From NCBI GenBank assembly GCA_965198315.1, contig OZ240616.1:2536351-2600350 (forward strand): a DNA stretch of 64,000 nucleotides, written 5' to 3'. Numbering within the stretch: the first letter of the stretch is position 1; each line of letters begins with the position of its first letter. Shown piece by piece: positions 36,883-44,966 of the stretch. Source of the DNA: Candidatus Aldehydirespiratoraceae bacterium. GTDB taxonomy: Bacteria > Actinomycetota > Acidimicrobiia > Acidimicrobiales > Aldehydirespiratoraceae. The notes beneath the pieces are model-generated. The model was not told the DNA's origin. It was given only the letters and a program-made list of their open reading frames with translations, and made no database searches. Made by a program: the position numbers and the translations under genes.

Positions 36883-37657
36883 GGTTCTCGCTGATCTGTT
36901 GGCTGAACAGGCCGCGCTCGACGAGGTGCTCAGCCGACTCACCGAGTCCCAATGGGCCGTGGTCACGGCAAGTCCCCGTTGGAATGTCACCGATCAGGTC
37001 GCTCATCTGACCTACTTCGACCATGCGGCAGCCATCGCGATCCGTGATGGAGAGCGCTTCGCGGTGTTGGCGAAGGCTCTGTGGAACAGTGCTGCAGATG
37101 GCGACCTCGGTGTGGATGCTCACACTCTTGATCCCGTGCGGAACCTCCCGGTGGACCAACGCCTGGCCGCGTGGCGCGCCGGCCGAGATGAGTTGGCTGA
37201 TGCTGCAGCGGAACTCCGCGACGATGCCCGGGTGGCCTGGTACGGCCCCTCGATGGGCGCCAAATCCTTTCTGACCGCGCGCCTGATGGAATGTTGGGCG
37301 CATGGCCAGGACATTGTCGACGCGGTTGGCGCCGATCGAGTTCCCACTGATCGCCTACGCCATATTGTGCAACTTGGCGTTATAACCCGCGGTTGGACCT
37401 ATGCGAATCGCAAGCTGGAAATGCCCACCGATGAGGTCCGTGTCTCCTTACAGAGCCCCTCAGGTGAGAAATGGACTTGGGGTGCGGTAGATGCGCAGTG
37501 CAGTATCGTTGGAAGCGCCGAAGATTTCTGCGGAGTTGTGACTCAACGTCGTCAGTTACAAGACACCGGCTTGTTGGTTGCCGGTGAAGCGGCACTCGAT
37601 TGGATGATGATGGCTCAGGCGTTTGCCGGCCCTCCAACCACAGGCCCCAAGCGCTAG
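36869..37657 (+). CDS. TIGR03084 / MDMPI-N (DinB-like, mycothiol-dependent-isomerase-type) family protein
   Basis: LLAEQAALDEVLSRL..W....SPRWNVTDQVAHLTYFD and LMECWAHGQD are typical of this actinobacterial family. RBS aggag at 36860, then ATG at 36869. Confidence 0.7.
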   Translation: MHVSEVLADLLAEQAALDEVLSRLTESQWAVVTASPRWNVTDQVAHLTYFDHAAAIAIRDGERFAVLAKALWNSAADGDLGVDAHTLDPVRNLPVDQRLAAWRAGRDELADAAAELRDDARVAWYGPSMGAKSFLTARLMECWAHGQDIVDAVGADRVPTDRLRHIVQLGVITRGWTYANRKLEMPTDEVRVSLQSPSGEKWTWGAVDAQCSIVGSAEDFCGVVTQRRQLQDTGLLVAGEAALDWMMMAQAFAGPPTTGPKR

Positions 37658-37666
37658 GAGCTACCG

Positions 37667-38431
37667 ATGAGCCTCGTTGAAACCCAAAAAACCCAAGGAG
37701 TGATGACGATCACCTTGGCCGACGAAGACAACCGCAATGCCCTGAGCAGCGACCTTATTGAGCAACTTCTCGACGCTGTCGACGCTGCTGACGCTGATCC
37801 AGATGTGCGGGTCGTAGTGCTCACCAATAGTGGGCGAGTCTTTTGTGCTGGTGCAGATCTCAAAGCTGGCTCTACCAGCCGTAAAGGCGTGCCAACCGGT
37901 GTCGATCTGTTCACCCGTTTCGGCGAATCACCGAAGCCTTTCGTGGGACGAATCAACGGTCATTGCGTGGCCGGCGGCCTGGGTATCGCCGCGGCCATGG
38001 ATATCTCGGTGGCTCTCGACACGGCCAAGATGGGATTCACGGAAGTTCGTATAGGCGTTGCACCAGCAATGATCTCCGTGCTGTGTCTGCCTAAAATGCG
38101 TTCGGCGGATGCGTCGGCTGCCTTCCTTCGGGGCAACCGTTTCATGGCCCCTGAGGCAGCTCGCATGGGGATCATCAACGCCGCGGTTCCGGCTGATCGC
38201 ATTGACCAAGAAGTAGCTGAGATCGTTTCGGACCTGCTGCTCGGTGGACCCAACGCTCTGTCTGCTTGTAAAGCGCTCACCCAACAGGTCCCGAGAATGT
38301 CGGTTGAAGATGCCTTCGAGTGGACCTCCCGGTTGTCTGCTGATCTCTTTGCCAGCGAGGAGGGCCGCGAAGGCATGCGGGCCTTTGCCGAGAAACGAAC
38401 CCCGGCGTGGGTTTCGAACCCAAACCCCTGA
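37667..38431 (+). CDS. Enoyl-CoA hydratase/isomerase (crotonase) family protein
   Basis: ITLADEDNRNAL, VFCAGADLKA, GHCVAGGLGIAAAMD, EGREGMRAFAEKR. Confidence 0.9.
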   Translation: MSLVETQKTQGVMTITLADEDNRNALSSDLIEQLLDAVDAADADPDVRVVVLTNSGRVFCAGADLKAGSTSRKGVPTGVDLFTRFGESPKPFVGRINGHCVAGGLGIAAAMDISVALDTAKMGFTEVRIGVAPAMISVLCLPKMRSADASAAFLRGNRFMAPEAARMGIINAAVPADRIDQEVAEIVSDLLLGGPNALSACKALTQQVPRMSVEDAFEWTSRLSADLFASEEGREGMRAFAEKRTPAWVSNPNP

Positions 38432-38450
38432 ATCGGGCATACTGACGTTG

Positions 38451-39497
38451 ATGCACGAAGACTCTTCACTGCTGATTGATCTAGTGGAGGATGATCCTGG
38501 CGCGTTGACGCAGTTGTATTCGCAGCACGGCTGGGGCGACGGCTTGCCGATGGTTCCGCCCACGCCGGAACGCGTCGACGAAATGTTGGCTGGGACAGAT
38601 CCCGACGAGGTGATCGCCGTTCTCCCCCCTCGCTCCGGGATCGCTACGCGCCGTGTGATCGCAATCAACGCGGTACTCGCCGGCTGTCAGCCGGCACATC
38701 TTCCGGTCCTTGTCGCCGCGGTACGAGCGCTGGCTGATCCCGAACTCAACCTGCGGGGGGTGAACGCCACGACCCATTGCGTTGCTCCGCTGCTGATCGT
38801 GCACGGCGAGGTGGCTGAGACCGGTGGCTACAACTCCGGACTTGGCGCTTTCGGACCGGGCAACAGGGCAAACGCCAGCACGGGCCGGGCTGTGCGTCTG
38901 ATCCTGATGCATGTTGGTGGAGCTCGCCCTGGTCCGGGTGATGCCTCAACTCAGGGCGGTCCTGCCAAGTACTCCTACTGTGTCGCCGAAAACCTGGCCC
39001 AGTCTCCGTGGGGAGGGTACGCGGTCAGCGTCGGGGTCCAAGCGCCGTCGGCAATCACGCTCCACTGCGGTGAGGCGCCGCACAACGTGCACGACATGGA
39101 ATCGTCTGACCCGGGGGTGATTCTCGACAAGGTGGCTTCGGCCATGACATCGCTGGGTCAAAACAATGCGCCTATCAGCAGCGGAGAGTACTTCGTCGCG
39201 TTATGTCCAGAACACGCGGCAGTATGCGCTAACGCGGGTTGGACGCGAACCCATATTGCCTCTTATCTGTTCAACCGTGCCACGCTGCCGGTGGCAGAGT
39301 TACGCCGCGCTTTCGGGTTGCGGGCGTGGGCTCCATGGCAGCAGAGTTTGGCCGACGAGGACCGTATATCGATGACCGAACATCCCGACAACATCAAAGT
39401 TTTTGTAGTAGGCGGGGCGGGAAAGCACAGTTCAGTGATCCCGAGCTGGGGCATGACAAGAAGCGTCACCATCCCGGTTGACGCGGCCGACGAATAA
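38451..39497 (+). CDS. Conserved-looking hypothetical protein (348 aa), family not recognised
   Basis: ATG at 38451. Distinctive strings are HGWGDGLPMVPPTPERV, VNATTHCVAPLLIVHG and GPGNRANASTGRAVRL. It ends 15 nt before the selenoprotein gene. Confidence 0.6.
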   Translation: MHEDSSLLIDLVEDDPGALTQLYSQHGWGDGLPMVPPTPERVDEMLAGTDPDEVIAVLPPRSGIATRRVIAINAVLAGCQPAHLPVLVAAVRALADPELNLRGVNATTHCVAPLLIVHGEVAETGGYNSGLGAFGPGNRANASTGRAVRLILMHVGGARPGPGDASTQGGPAKYSYCVAENLAQSPWGGYAVSVGVQAPSAITLHCGEAPHNVHDMESSDPGVILDKVASAMTSLGQNNAPISSGEYFVALCPEHAAVCANAGWTRTHIASYLFNRATLPVAELRRAFGLRAWAPWQQSLADEDRISMTEHPDNIKVFVVGGAGKHSSVIPSWGMTRSVTIPVDAADE

Positions 39498-39512
39498 GAG
39501 GACGGAGAAACG

Positions 39513-40028
39513 ATGAAGATCTATGCACCCGATGGCGCAGTTGGCTCGCCGGCGGCGACCCTTGCGTCCTCGCTGCCAGTGATGACTGGCAAGCGAATCG
39601 GCATTCTCGACAACACCAAGCCGAACGCCGGCGCTCTCCTCGAACGCTTGGCTCAACGCCTCGTTAGCCGTACCGGCGCAGTTCTCGCGTTGGTTGAGTC
39701 CAAGAACGCCGCATTGGCGGCACCCGATGATGTCATTGCCCGCTTGGAAGCAGAGGCTGACCTGGTGCTCACGGGTTCTGCCGATTGAGGCAGTTGCACG
39801 TCGTGGAGTGTCCACGACTCCGTCCAACTCGAAAGCTCCGGAACTCCGACCGTAGTGGTCACCACAACCGAATTCCGAGCATTGACCGAAGAAGTTGCAG
39901 CCACTCTCGACCTGCCCGAAGCACGTGTTGTCGAGGTCGCGCACCCGCTCGGAGGCGTTGATATTCAAGCGGTCGAACACCGTGCTGACAGCGTGGTAGA
40001 GGAAACGATCCGAGTGCTGACCGCGTGA
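39513..40028 (+). CDS. UGSC-motif (seleno)protein; in-frame UGA at 39786-39788 read as selenocysteine
   Basis: ORF 39513..39788 ends ...LTGSAD-TGA. The same frame stays open for 79 more codons (GSCTSWSVHD...IRVLTA) to the TGA at 40026-40028, which overlaps the GTG start of the next gene. There is a SECIS-like hairpin 11 nt after the UGA. Confidence 0.75.
39800..39818 (+). promoter_or_regulatory. SECIS-like stem-loop
   Basis: GTCGTGGA-gtg-TCCACGAC, a perfect 8-bp stem starting 11 nt downstream of the UGA. The apical region contains G and U. Confidence 0.5.
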
Positions 40029-40834
40029 GCATCGTTATCGACCATGAAGGCAAAACCGCGTTGGTTACCGGTGCCGGCGCCGGAATCGGGCGGGAGACAG
40101 CGCGCTGGTTGGCTAGGGCCGGCGCGACAGTGGCAGTAAACGACATACGTGGGACCCACGCCGAAGCCGTTGTCGAAGAGATCACCGCTACCGGTGGAGT
40201 TGCTTACCCCTTCATTGCCGATTGCCGAGACGATGATGCTGTTGACAGCATGGTCGATGCAATTGTGAGCCAACTCGGGGGGCTTCAGATCGCGGTCAAC
40301 AACATCGGTATGTTGCCGCCGGGGCGAACACTGCGCTCCTTTACCGACTACCGCGGAGACGATTGGCGCGACATCCTGGACCAGAATCTGGTGCTCGCGG
40401 CGCTGTGCGGCCGTGCCGAAGCAGCGGCGATGGCGGCTTCGGGTGATGGCGGAGTGATTCTCTTTGTTACCTCAGGTGAGACCACTCGTCCCTCGCCCTA
40501 CAACAGCATCTACGCGGCTGCTAAAGCGGCCCTCAATCATTTGGTGACCTCGATGGCTGTGGAGTTGGGGCCGTCGGGGATTCGAGTATTGGCTATTGCT
40601 CCGGGCACGACCCTCACTGAATCCGTTGCTGCTGCTTTCACTGACGAACGCATGGAAGCGATCGTGGCCTCAACGCCTTTACGCCGCATGGTTGAGCATG
40701 ACGAACTCGCGCGTTTGACGACGTTCCTTGCCAGCGACTTGGCCCGTTGCATCACCGGCCAGTTCATCCTCGCTGACGCGGGAGCATTCCTGTCACGCAC
40801 CCGTCCCGCGACCCGCGTTCAGGGGGCGTTGTAG
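40025..40834 (+). CDS. SDR family oxidoreductase
   Basis: TGAGAGIG and NNIG, with a YxxxK-like YAAAKAA. The GTG overlaps the selenoprotein stop. Confidence 0.85.
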   Translation: MSIVIDHEGKTALVTGAGAGIGRETARWLARAGATVAVNDIRGTHAEAVVEEITATGGVAYPFIADCRDDDAVDSMVDAIVSQLGGLQIAVNNIGMLPPGRTLRSFTDYRGDDWRDILDQNLVLAALCGRAEAAAMAASGDGGVILFVTSGETTRPSPYNSIYAAAKAALNHLVTSMAVELGPSGIRVLAIAPGTTLTESVAAAFTDERMEAIVASTPLRRMVEHDELARLTTFLASDLARCITGQFILADAGAFLSRTRPATRVQGAL

Positions 40835-40926
40835 TCGCTGATTCGTACGCACCGGTTGGTCATAGTTCCGATGTCTTGAATCACCGAGGTGATCACATCT
40901 CCGTGTTGTAGCAGCGTGCAGGAGGT

Positions 40927-41529
40927 TCAGCGTTGGGCGCGGGCCCGAATTTCTCCGTTCAGCGTGAGGTCTTCGCAGTGGTTGAGTCCTCGTTCCAAAG
41001 CGTCGTTGTCCTGCCAGCGGGCCCAGTTGAGCCAAAGCCCGTTGGAGCTGGCGATCAGGTCTTGCACACGGTCCGCAACCACGGTTTCGGACAGCTCCGG
41101 GCGAGCCGCACCCACGAGCTCGCGAAAACGCGACGAGTAGCGCTCGTAGAACTCCGCGTCAACTTCCGCCACACCGTCTTCGGTAAGTGCTAATGCCCAC
41201 AGTGCGATGCGTAATGCCAAGTAGCTGCCGTTGAGAAATTCATCGGTGAAGGCGCCACGCAGGAACGCCCGAAACTTCTCCGCAGGATCATCGTGATCCG
41301 AAGCGGCACTGACACAGGCGTCAAAAAGCCGGTCGGTAGCTCTTTGGAACACAGCCAGAATCAGTGTCTGTTTGTCATCGAAGTGGTAGCTGAGCAGGCC
41401 GACGGAAACTTCAGCCTCTTTGGCCACCGTTCGCATACTGGCCCCACCGATCCCTTCGCGTAGAATCACCGAACCAACCGCGTCAAGAATCTGCTCCTGT
41501 GTCTCAGACCGGTTCAAGCGCTCGTCCAT
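40927..41529 (-). CDS. TetR/AcrR family transcriptional regulator
   Basis: N-terminal HTH ILDAVGSVILREGIGGASMRTVAKEAEVSVGLLSYHFDDKQTL. Confidence 0.85.
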   Translation of the reverse strand: MDERLNRSETQEQILDAVGSVILREGIGGASMRTVAKEAEVSVGLLSYHFDDKQTLILAVFQRATDRLFDACVSAASDHDDPAEKFRAFLRGAFTDEFLNGSYLALRIALWALALTEDGVAEVDAEFYERYSSRFRELVGAARPELSETVVADRVQDLIASSNGLWLNWARWQDNDALERGLNHCEDLTLNGEIRARAQR

Positions 41530-41610
41530 CCTGTCCCTATCGGCGGAGAATCCAGGGCCAACTCAGCCTACTGGACGAACGTTCAGTTGGTGGAGCGACA
41601 CAATCGCTGA

Positions 41611-42423
41611 TTAGTTGAGAAATTCAGGTTCTTCGCGCATCAGTTCATCGCGCCAAGGCTGGAATTGAAACCAGCCCGCCAAGTCCGAACCTTGCTGTCG
41701 GTATCCCTCGGTGCAGAGGTGCTCTGGGATCTCAATGGGATCACCCGCGGCCTGCGCTAGTAACTGGCTTTGGCAGCAGCGTTCAAGAGCCACAAACCAC
41801 CACACAGCCGCATCAACGCTGCCACCACAGGTTATAAGACCGTGGTTCTGATGGATCAGGGCCTTTTTGTTGCCAAGTGCCTCAGCCATCAGGCGACCGG
41901 TCTCGATATCCAATACCACCGCACCACTGCCCGCATCGCAAAGCGCCACATCGTCGTAGAACATCGTGGAGTCCTGGCTGATCATTTTGAGAGGCTCACC
42001 CAACGCCGAAAAGGTCTTGCCGTACATCGAATGTGAATGTGCAGCCGCGATCACGTCTGGTCGCGCCGCATGGATCTGCGAATGGATGGCGAATGCCGCG
42101 GTGTTGACAGGGCGGTCGCCCTCGACAACTTGCCCTTCGTCGTTAACCAGAATGAGATCTGAAACGGTCATGTACTTGAAGTTTTGACCGAAGGGATTGA
42201 CCCAGAAGTGATCGAGATGCTCGGGGTCCCGAACCGTGACGTGACCCGCGACCCCCTCAGCGAGGTGAAGACGCCCCATGATTCTCAGACCCGCGGCGAG
42301 GGACTCTTTGCGTTGTTGACGTTCGGTCTCCAGGTCGTCCGCGCTCGCAGGTAGATCCAGCGAGAATTCTTCTTGAACCCGAGCCAGATTCTCAAGATCG
42401 CGTTCTTCTTGGGTGTCGGTCAT
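41611..42423 (-). CDS. Class II aldolase/adducin-domain protein
   Basis: GHVTVRDP, IHSQIHAARPDVIAAAHSHSMYG (metal His triad region), and LIHQNHGLITCG. I chose the ATG at 42423, which has a ggagaa RBS. Confidence 0.85.
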   Translation of the reverse strand: MTDTQEERDLENLARVQEEFSLDLPASADDLETERQQRKESLAAGLRIMGRLHLAEGVAGHVTVRDPEHLDHFWVNPFGQNFKYMTVSDLILVNDEGQVVEGDRPVNTAAFAIHSQIHAARPDVIAAAHSHSMYGKTFSALGEPLKMISQDSTMFYDDVALCDAGSGAVVLDIETGRLMAEALGNKKALIHQNHGLITCGGSVDAAVWWFVALERCCQSQLLAQAAGDPIEIPEHLCTEGYRQQGSDLAGWFQFQPWRDELMREEPEFLN

Positions 42424-42483
42424 GACCTTTTCTCCCGGTCTCAACGTCTAGTGCATCCAGGGTAGGGGGATGTAAGGTGCTTC

Positions 42484-43728
42484 ATGACAAAACGTGGTGG
42501 TGCTCTGGCATTTCGGTTTGGGATCTTGCTGCTGGCTTTGGGGCTGCTTGCAACAGGTTGTGGCGGTGACGACACCGAAGAATCGGCGCCGAGCGACACG
42601 CTTGAGACCACTTCTACAACAACGCCAACAACCACCGCGGCTCCCACCACGACGACCACCGCGGCGCCCACGACCACGACCACCGCGGCGCCCACGACCA
42701 CGACCACGACGACGACCACCGCGGCGCCCACGACGACGACCACGACCACTGTGCCGCCGGCAGGGCAATGGGAACAGATCGCCGGAGGCGATGAATGCAT
42801 GTGCGCTGACGGCAGCGACTACAGCTTCTGGGTCCGAGAGGCCGACCCTGAACGTGTGGTGTTCTACCTTGAGGGAGGTGGTGCTTGCTTCACTGCCGCC
42901 TCCTGTTCGTTCACCGACGGTACCTACTCGGTGACCACCGGCGAAAGCGACGACCCGACCGGAGCGGGAGGCATCTTCGACTTTTCCAATCCCGCCAATC
43001 CCCTGTCTGGCAGTTCCTTCGTGGGAGCCCCGTACTGCACCGGCGATGTCCATATCGGCAACAGTGTCCACCAATACAGCGACGATCTGACCGTTCACCA
43101 CAATGGATTTGTGAACGCTTCTCGAGCTTTGGCCGAACTCCATGCGCGTTTCCCCGACGCAACCGAAGTCGTTGTAGCCGGATCCAGCGCTGGTTCTGTT
43201 GCTGCCCCCTTCTTCGGCGGGTTGGTATCGGACCTGTATCCGGACGCCAAGGTTTCCGTTGTGGCTGACGCCTCGGGTGCCTATCCGAGCAACCCTGTTA
43301 TCAACGCCACGATCGGCTCACTGTGGGGTGCATTCTCGGTTGTCCCCGACTGGCCCGTGAACGAGGGAATAACTCCACAGGAATGGGGAGTACCAGAGAT
43401 GTTCATCCAAGCTGGTCTTCATGATCCCGAGATTCGGTTCGCTCGCTTCGACAACGCCTTCGACAGCACGCAGTTGAGTTTTGCAGAATTGGCTGGATTC
43501 GACGCCAGCAATATGGATCAGCTGATCAGATCCAACGAAGCCAGGATCGAGGCCGCCGGAGTCCCTGTGAGCAGTTATCTGGCGCCGGGCGAGGATCACA
43601 CGATTCTCGGGAGCGACGAGATGTACTCCCTGGAAGTCGAAGGAGTCGTGTTCGTTGATTGGTTGACCGAGTATCTCTTTGCGGACGCACCCATCGAAGA
43701 CGTGTCCTGCGTCGACTGCGGCTCCTAG
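42484..43728 (+). CDS. Secreted lipoprotein esterase, pectin-acetylesterase (PAE/Notum)-like
   Basis: Lipobox LLATGC-G and a Thr/Pro/Ala linker. The catalytic domain has FYLEGGGACF (GGGxC) and VVVAGSSAGSV (GxSxG-type nucleophile). Confidence 0.6.
   Translation: MTKRGGALAFRFGILLLALGLLATGCGGDDTEESAPSDTLETTSTTTPTTTAAPTTTTTAAPTTTTTAAPTTTTTTTTTAAPTTTTTTTVPPAGQWEQIAGGDECMCADGSDYSFWVREADPERVVFYLEGGGACFTAASCSFTDGTYSVTTGESDDPTGAGGIFDFSNPANPLSGSSFVGAPYCTGDVHIGNSVHQYSDDLTVHHNGFVNASRALAELHARFPDATEVVVAGSSAGSVAAPFFGGLVSDLYPDAKVSVVADASGAYPSNPVINATIGSLWGAFSVVPDWPVNEGITPQEWGVPEMFIQAGLHDPEIRFARFDNAFDSTQLSFAELAGFDASNMDQLIRSNEARIEAAGVPVSSYLAPGEDHTILGSDEMYSLEVEGVVFVDWLTEYLFADAPIEDVSCVDCGS
42631..42750 (+). repeat. 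In-frame 24-nt-period repeat encoding TTAAPTTT linker units
   Basis: accaccgcggcKcccacgacSacg is repeated about 4-5 times. Confidence 0.8.
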
Positions 43729-43753
43729 TCCTGATCACTGGATTGAATCAGGA
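43729..43753 (+). terminator. Hairpin immediately after the esterase stop (no U-tract)
   Basis: TCCTGAT-11 nt-ATCAGGA. The lack of a T run makes termination activity uncertain. Confidence 0.3.
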
Positions 43754-43922
43754 ACTCCAGTTGCCAGAAACCGTTGCAAGCGATTCTTGATAGAAAAGCC
43801 GGCAACGGATCCAGGTTGATTGTCGAGGGCTCTAGATCCTCGCCGAGTAACCTGCTCAGCCGCAACCGCGTCTTGTTGCCGCTTCTGCGAGGATCATGTC
43901 AACACGGGCCGTGCGTAGATTC

Positions 43923-44147
43923 TCAGCCGAAAGATCGTGTGTGTCCAACCGCCTCTTTTGACTCGGGCACATCAGCTAGCGCCTTATCTGCTTGCACATG
44001 GATTTCTAGTTGTTCCGTCCACCATTCCTCAGCCTCAGCTTGCTTGGCCGCGGCCTGCCCGCAATCAGCCTCCGACGGCCCCGACGCACACGCCACAGCA
44101 AACACACCCACCGTCCAAGCAGCAGTCAACAGCGCTGCAGTCTTCAC
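43923..44147 (-). CDS. Small putative lipoprotein (74 aa)
   Basis: Signal peptide plus lipobox-like VFAVAC-A. The GTG start overlaps the stop of the upstream 101-aa gene (GTGA). Confidence 0.45.
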   Translation of the reverse strand: MKTAALLTAAWTVGVFAVACASGPSEADCGQAAAKQAEAEEWWTEQLEIHVQADKALADVPESKEAVGHTRSFG

Positions 44148-44449
44148 GCTGCGGTGGTTTCGTGATCTGCTGTGTCGCTAGGTAGCGGCCAGCGGTCACG
44201 ACCCCACACAAACCAAGCAGAAAAAACTACCAACGCAAGCACTATCCCAACACAGAAAACGACGATGTTCCTAGGGAGCGTATACACCGTGAAGACAGCC
44301 ACAGGGGCCATCATCGCCCAAGTGGTCAACTCCTCACGCCGACTACGGTAGTACGCGCCAGGCCGATAGCCCTCACTCTTGCGAATCACACGGACCCAAT
44401 ACTTCTTCGCCAAGTCAGTCATTATGGTTCCTTTCAGCGCGCGGTACAT
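44144..44449 (-). CDS. Small two-helix membrane protein (about 92-101 aa)
   Basis: Hydrophobic helices WAMMAPVAVFTVYTL and IVVFCVGIVLALVVFSAWFVW. Translationally coupled to the 74-aa gene. Confidence 0.45.
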   Translation of the reverse strand: MYRALKGTIMTDLAKKYWVRVIRKSEGYRPGAYYRSRREELTTWAMMAPVAVFTVYTLPRNIVVFCVGIVLALVVFSAWFVWGRDRWPLPSDTADHETTAA

Positions 44450-44681
44450 TGGAGCGGAGAAATCGGGTCATCACACCCAGCCTGGGGCGTGGTGTCGTCG
44501 CCACCTTGGTCGATCACGACCGCAACGACGCTGGAACAGACAGTGTACAACCATGGCCCAAAAACACCGCACGGACCAGCCACTAGTAGGCTTATTCCTA
44601 TCTTCGCCTTCGGGTGGAGTGGCCTGCAGCAATCGGTGATGGATACTTTGAGCCAGTGACGGACCGGGCGAGGTGTCGCCC

Positions 44682-44966
44682 ATTCGCTTCGCCCGCTTCG
44701 ACAGCACGCAGTTGAGTCTTGCAGAATTGGCTGGATTCGACGCGAGCAATATGGATCAGTTGATCAGATCCAACGAAGTCAAGATCGAAGCCGCCGGAGT
44801 CCCTGTGAGCAGTTATCTGGCGCCGGGCGAGGATCACACGATTCTCGGGAGCGACGAGATGTACTCCCTGGAAGTCGAAGGAGTCGTGTTCGTTGATTGG
44901 TTGACCGAGTATCTCTTTGCGGACGCGCCCATCGAAGACGTGTCCTGCGTCGATTGCGGTCCCTAG
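44682..44966 (+). pseudogene. Duplicate of the last about 95 codons of the esterase gene (3' fragment)
   Basis: It aligns to 43432-43728 with one 12-nt indel (NAFD) and about a dozen substitutions. One run of about 130 nt is identical. Similarity stops exactly at the TAG stop codon. Confidence 0.8.

Noticed and set aside
42631-42750. Regularly spaced GC-rich repeats (also at 28078-28235) considered as a possible CRISPR array or minisatellite
   Set aside because: The repeats are contiguous with no spacers. They are in frame and encode low-complexity linkers (TTAAPTTT, DDGDDMA) between a lipobox and a folded domain.
44673-44966. 97-aa ORF as an independent small protein gene
   Set aside because: It is the duplicated 3' end of the esterase gene with a fortuitous GTG. 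No RBS is seen. I called it a pseudogene fragment, although expression cannot be excluded.
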